From Macrostomum lignano (Eukaryota): DNA of 64,000 nucleotides. Each line of letters opens with the position of its first letter. The stretch's first letter is position 1. Location of the stretch: positions 1 through 64,000 of the forward strand of contig NIVC01000852.1 in NCBI GenBank assembly GCA_002269645.1. The letters are read 5' to 3'. This document shows, piece after piece, positions 53,211 through 64,000 of this stretch. The translations under genes and the position numbers were made by a program. The notes under the pieces were generated by a model. It saw only the letters and a program-made list of their open reading frames with translations, was not told the DNA's origin and ran no database searches.

Positions 53211-53726
53211 ATGCCACTGCCCAGTGCCAGCCTGGCGATCCCGCTATTCATCGCCCTACTGGTCGCCCAGTGCCCGCTGCCCAGCCTCGCCGTCGCCGAT
53301 TGCGTCATCTGCGACAATTATTTCGAATTGAATAGCCGCAATTCTAAAGACGCCTCCCTAGCCGAGCGCTTCTGCAACGCTAGCTTATCCCTCACTGGCA
53401 ACCGGCACACTAAGTGCAGGAATAGAGACCTGAACGGGTGCGTGAAGATGACAACTAAGGCCTGGCGCTATCACATTGACAAGCAGGGCGGTGGCATGAG
53501 GGAGGCGGCCACACTGATTGCCACAGTGGTTACCCGGGACTGCGCCGAGATACCGCCTGGCATGGGCACCGGCTGCCACACAATGTACGGAGCCGGCACC
53601 ACCAAGGAGATTTGCTACTGTGTGGGCCCTGGCTGCAACTCGGCTGGTGGAATTAGTCGGTCCTGGCTTGCTGCTAGCATTGCTGCTGGATTGGCTGCCC
53701 ATCTGCTTCTGGCTTGGATTGCGTAG
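53211..53726 (+). CDS. Quiver/sleepless-like (Ly6/three-finger) predicted GPI-anchored protein, gene 2, single exon, 171 aa
   Basis: Signal peptide MPLPSASLAIPLFIALLVAQCPLPSLA; CVIC..FC..KC..GCVK..VTRDC..GC..ICYCVGPGCN; hydrophobic C-terminus. Confidence 0.9.
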   Translation: MPLPSASLAIPLFIALLVAQCPLPSLAVADCVICDNYFELNSRNSKDASLAERFCNASLSLTGNRHTKCRNRDLNGCVKMTTKAWRYHIDKQGGGMREAATLIATVVTRDCAEIPPGMGTGCHTMYGAGTTKEICYCVGPGCNSAGGISRSWLAASIAAGLAAHLLLAWIA

Positions 53727-53864
53727 AGAGCTGCGCAGGTGTCTAAGAAATTAATTGACTATACTTCTGGCGTGATTTAACTTATATAAACATTAATTAG
53801 GCTACCAGGTTTAGTGTAACCCTTAAATTGAGTTGTATAACATACGAACAAAGGTTATGGCCTT

Positions 53865-54465
53865 ATGGATTGGAGCTTTGATTGGCAGGTGGGGATTGGA
53901 GATTTGATTGGCAGGTGGGGATTGGAGATTTGATTGGCAGGTGGGATTGGAGATTTGATTGGCAGGTGGGATTGGAGATTTGATTGGCAGGTGGGATTGG
54001 AGATTTGATTGGCAGGTGGGATTGGAGATTTGATTGGCAGGTGGGATTGGAGATTTGATTGGCAGGTGGGATTGGAGATTTGATTGGCAGGTGGGATTGG
54101 AGATTTGATTGGCAGGTGGGATTGGAGCTTTGATTGGCAGGTGGGATTGGAGATTTGATTGGCAGGTGGGATTGGAGATTTGATTGGCAGGTGGGGATTG
54201 GAGATTTGATTGGCAGGTGGGATTGGAGATTTGATTGGCAGGTGGGATTGGAGCTTTGATTGGCAGGTGGGATTGGAGATTCGATTGGCAGGTGGGATTG
54301 GAGATTTGATTGGCAGGTGGGATTGGAGCTTTGATTGGCAGGTGGGATTGGAGATTTGTTTGGCAGGTGGGATTGGAGATTTGATTGGCAGGTGGGAGAT
54401 TTGATTGGCAGGTGGGAGATTTGATTGGCAGGTGGGAGATTTGATTGGCAGGTGGGATTGGAGCT
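53865..54465. repeat. 25/26-bp minisatellite (GATTTGATTGGCAGGTGGGATTGGA)
   Basis: ~24 copies, with 19-bp truncated units at the right. Confidence 0.96.
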
Positions 54466-55315
54466 ATTGGAGAGGCGACTGTTGAGTCACGAGTGTATCA
54501 TGTGATTTGAAGAATCGTAAGAGTCATCCAAGAGTCCAAGGTGGAATCGTCCAAGGTGTGTACGACCTTAAATGACCTCTGAGTGAGAAGATTATTTAGT
54601 ACAGTTTGTCCTTTTGTGTATTTGTTAATTAGTTTTAAAAAAACAGCATCTTGTAGCTTCAACCTTGCTAGACCACGCGAATGTTTTATTTACCATTTTT
54701 TCTATTATTTTGTCTGTTTTAGTATATCGTATTGATCCTCGAGAAATGAAAGAATGCCATTATTATTTGATTTTTGTGTATGCGTGTTTGAGTGAATCTC
54801 TATGCATAAGCGTGAATCTCAGTGGTTATCTGTGAATCTCTGTGTGTGAATGCCATTCTTACTATTTTTACCTGTTGGTAATGTTTATTAATAATGCCTA
54901 GTTTTTTCCATTAGCTTTACCCGTGCAGTTCCTGTTAAGTGCGTGGTGTACTTTAAAATTGTTGTTGTTCAATTGAACGTGTTTAAGAATTCAATTTCCA
55001 TTCACTGGAGTAAATAGCTGCACTGTATTGTGCACCAGTGTGTACTGTGTATATTTTTACATTCGGTTTTCAATTGTGCTTCTAAATTTTTATTAACGTA
55101 TGGTAAGACTTGTCATTTTCGACAGAAAGTACATTCCCAGCCAGGTGCAGCCAATTGTTTTATTTGACTTTTTTTATCTTCATCACTACTTGTCTGACTT
55201 GATTATGCAACTTCTGACAGCTTGTCGCTGGGGAGGGGATTCTGCTCGTTTGTTAATTTAGTGGTCAAGTACAGACTGTAACCTGTTTTGACCTGCATGT
55301 AGATCTGTGTTAGTA

Positions 55316-56080
55316 ATAACCCATATGACCCAGACTAACCCATATGACCCAGACTAACCCATATGATCCAGACTAACCCATATGACCCAGACTAACCCAT
55401 ATGACCCAGACTAACCCCATATGACCCAGACTATCCCATATGACCTAGACTGCTCCAATATGACCCAGACTAGCCCAATATGACCCAGACTAGCCCAATA
55501 TGACCTAGACTGCTTCAATATGACCCAGATTATCCCAATATGACCCAGACTAGCCCAATATGACCTAGAATGCTTCAATATGACCCAGACTACCCCAATA
55601 TGACCTAGACTACCCCAATATGACCCAGACTATCCCAATATGACCCAGGCTACCCATATATGACCCAGACTAGCCCAATATGTCCCAGACTACCCCAATA
55701 TGACCCAGACTATCCCAATATGACCCAGGCTACCCATATATGACCCAGACTAGCCCAATATGACCCAGACTACCCCAATATTACCCAGACTATCCCAATA
55801 TGACCCAGGCTACCCATATATGACCTAGACTACCCCAATATGACCCAGACTATCCCAATATGACCCAGACTACCCCAATATGACCCAGACTATCCCAATA
55901 TGACCCAGGCAACCCCAATATGACCCAGACTATCCCAATATGACCCAGGCTACCCATATATGACCTAGACTACCCCAATATGACCCAGACTTACCCCAAT
56001 ATGACCCAGACTACCCCAATATGACCCAGACTACCCCAATATGACCCAGGCTACCCATATATGACCTAGACTAGCCCAAT
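55316..56080. repeat. 20-bp minisatellite (CCAATATGACCCAGACTACC)
   Basis: ~38 variant copies. Confidence 0.96.
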
Positions 56081-56819
56081 GTGGTCCATGCAGTGTTTGA
56101 GTGAATCTCCATGCATAAGCGGAGCAATGTGTCAATACAATATTCCATGCATGCACTTATCAATGTTAATGTAAACAAACACGGGAAAGTCAATACTTGG
56201 CTTTATGAATATATATTTCTATCTACGAACCCATCTATAAATGCTGTCATGAAACTGATGCACACGCAAGACTTGAGAACGTTTTTCAAGGTTTTTTCTT
56301 TCAATTTTGTTTATTTTTCTGCGACACTGTCGCGTTTGGAAAAAATATAATCATATTTAGTCTGTAAATAATTCGATAAAGCACTTATTGAGTACAGTAG
56401 CTTAATTATGCTACTGTTAGTAGTACGCAGTGTTAAGTAAAAGCTCGATATTTGGGTATTAGCTTCTCGTGATGAAAAAATAAAACTCAAGAAAAAATAT
56501 GTATGGCTGCCTTGTACATCACAGATACTTAGTGGAATACACAGCATAACATGTTTCGGATTCTTAGCTTTAGGGAAGGGAGTGATAGGGAAGACCAAAC
56601 TATACGGGATAGTTATGCTATTAATTCGCAGATGAAGGTGAGCAATATAACTGTTAAAATGCACAGCTTCAACTATGATGAATGATGAGTGTAGGTAACT
56701 GGCTTCTAGAAAACCTTCCGTGTCTACACTGCGGTTGCTAGGTAGTTTCACGAGTTTTAGAAATATGCAGGGCGCTTTGAGTTCAGTAGCTGCATGTAGC
56801 TAAAATTATTTTATTGTAC

Positions 56820-57155
56820 ACTGGAGTGATAGGGCAGACAGTGGAGTGACAGGGAAGACCGTGGAGTGACAGGGAAGACATTGGAGTGACAGGGAAGGCA
56901 GTGGAGTGACAGGGAAGACAGTGGAGGGACAGGGAAGACAGTGGAGTGACAGGAGAGGCAGTAGAGTGACAGTGAAGACCATGGGGTGACAGGGAAGACA
57001 GTGGAATGACAGGAGAGGCAGTAGAGTGACAGGGAAGACAGTGGAGTGACAGGGAAGACAGTGGAGTGACAGGGAAGACAGTGGAGTGACAGGGAAGACA
57101 GTGGAGTGACAGGAGAGGCAGTGGAGTGACAGGGAAGACAGTGGAGTGACGGGAA
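56820..57155. repeat. 20-bp minisatellite (GTGGAGTGACAGGGAAGACA)
   Basis: ~16 copies just past the Rab gene stop. Confidence 0.95.
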
Positions 57156-57225
57156 GGACAAGTCGATTAATAATGCTGAGCGTCGTCTGCTCTTGTATGG
57201 GCACTTTCCGCTCCTTTCCTGCAGG

Positions 57226-63803
<6,578 letters not shown>

Positions 63804-63859
63804 CTGCGGGTGAGTGCAATCGGAGACTGAGTCTGAGCATCGATTGCTGAACTGGTTAA

Positions 63860-64000
63860 AGGGGAGAGGTGAGAGAAGTGAGAGAGGGGAAGGAGGGGAT
63901 TGAGGTTAGAGGAGGGAAGGGAGAGTGGAGAAATGGTAGATGGAAGAGAGGGGAGAGAGGGGAGAGAGGGGAGAGATGGAGAGAAGGTAGAGGGGAGAGA
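63860..64000. repeat. GA-rich low-complexity tract running off the window end, intronic
   Basis: Read directly. Confidence 0.8.

Overview
Eukaryotic (animal) genomic DNA. The GC-rich exons, short core introns and dense simple repeats suggest a free-living flatworm such as Macrostomum; this is inference and was not tested. I assembled eight gene models by hand, using GT-AG junctions with consistent phase: a 7-repeat delta1-type protocadherin (+, 1004-6855, two 1-nt frameshifts), a 4-EF-hand calmodulin-like gene (+, 13368-21096), a 10-exon GRAM-domain/TM protein of GRAMD2B type (-, 30824-22774), an uncharacterised Lys/Arg-rich protein with an in-frame TAA (-, 32677-31272), a class A GPCR (-, 39979-38614), two divergent Quiver/Ly6-like genes (-, 50573-48799; +, 53211-53726) and the 3' part of a CRACR2A/RASEF-type EF-hand/coiled-coil/Rab gene (-, 63803-57226). 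About 25 kb (~40%) is tandem repeat: more than 30 mostly unrelated arrays, many with 18-22 bp units, 14 of the 24 modelled introns containing at least one. A ~5 kb AT-rich, array-free island (43.7-48.8 kb) and its edge hold MITEs with target-site duplications. Nearly all long ORFs in the supplied track are translations of repeats. I see no CRISPR array, rRNA, intact tRNA or intact transposase, and no unambiguous new multi-gene system. The most interesting signals are intron inflation by minisatellites, the interrupted basic protein gene, and the Quiver pair with related repeat elements.
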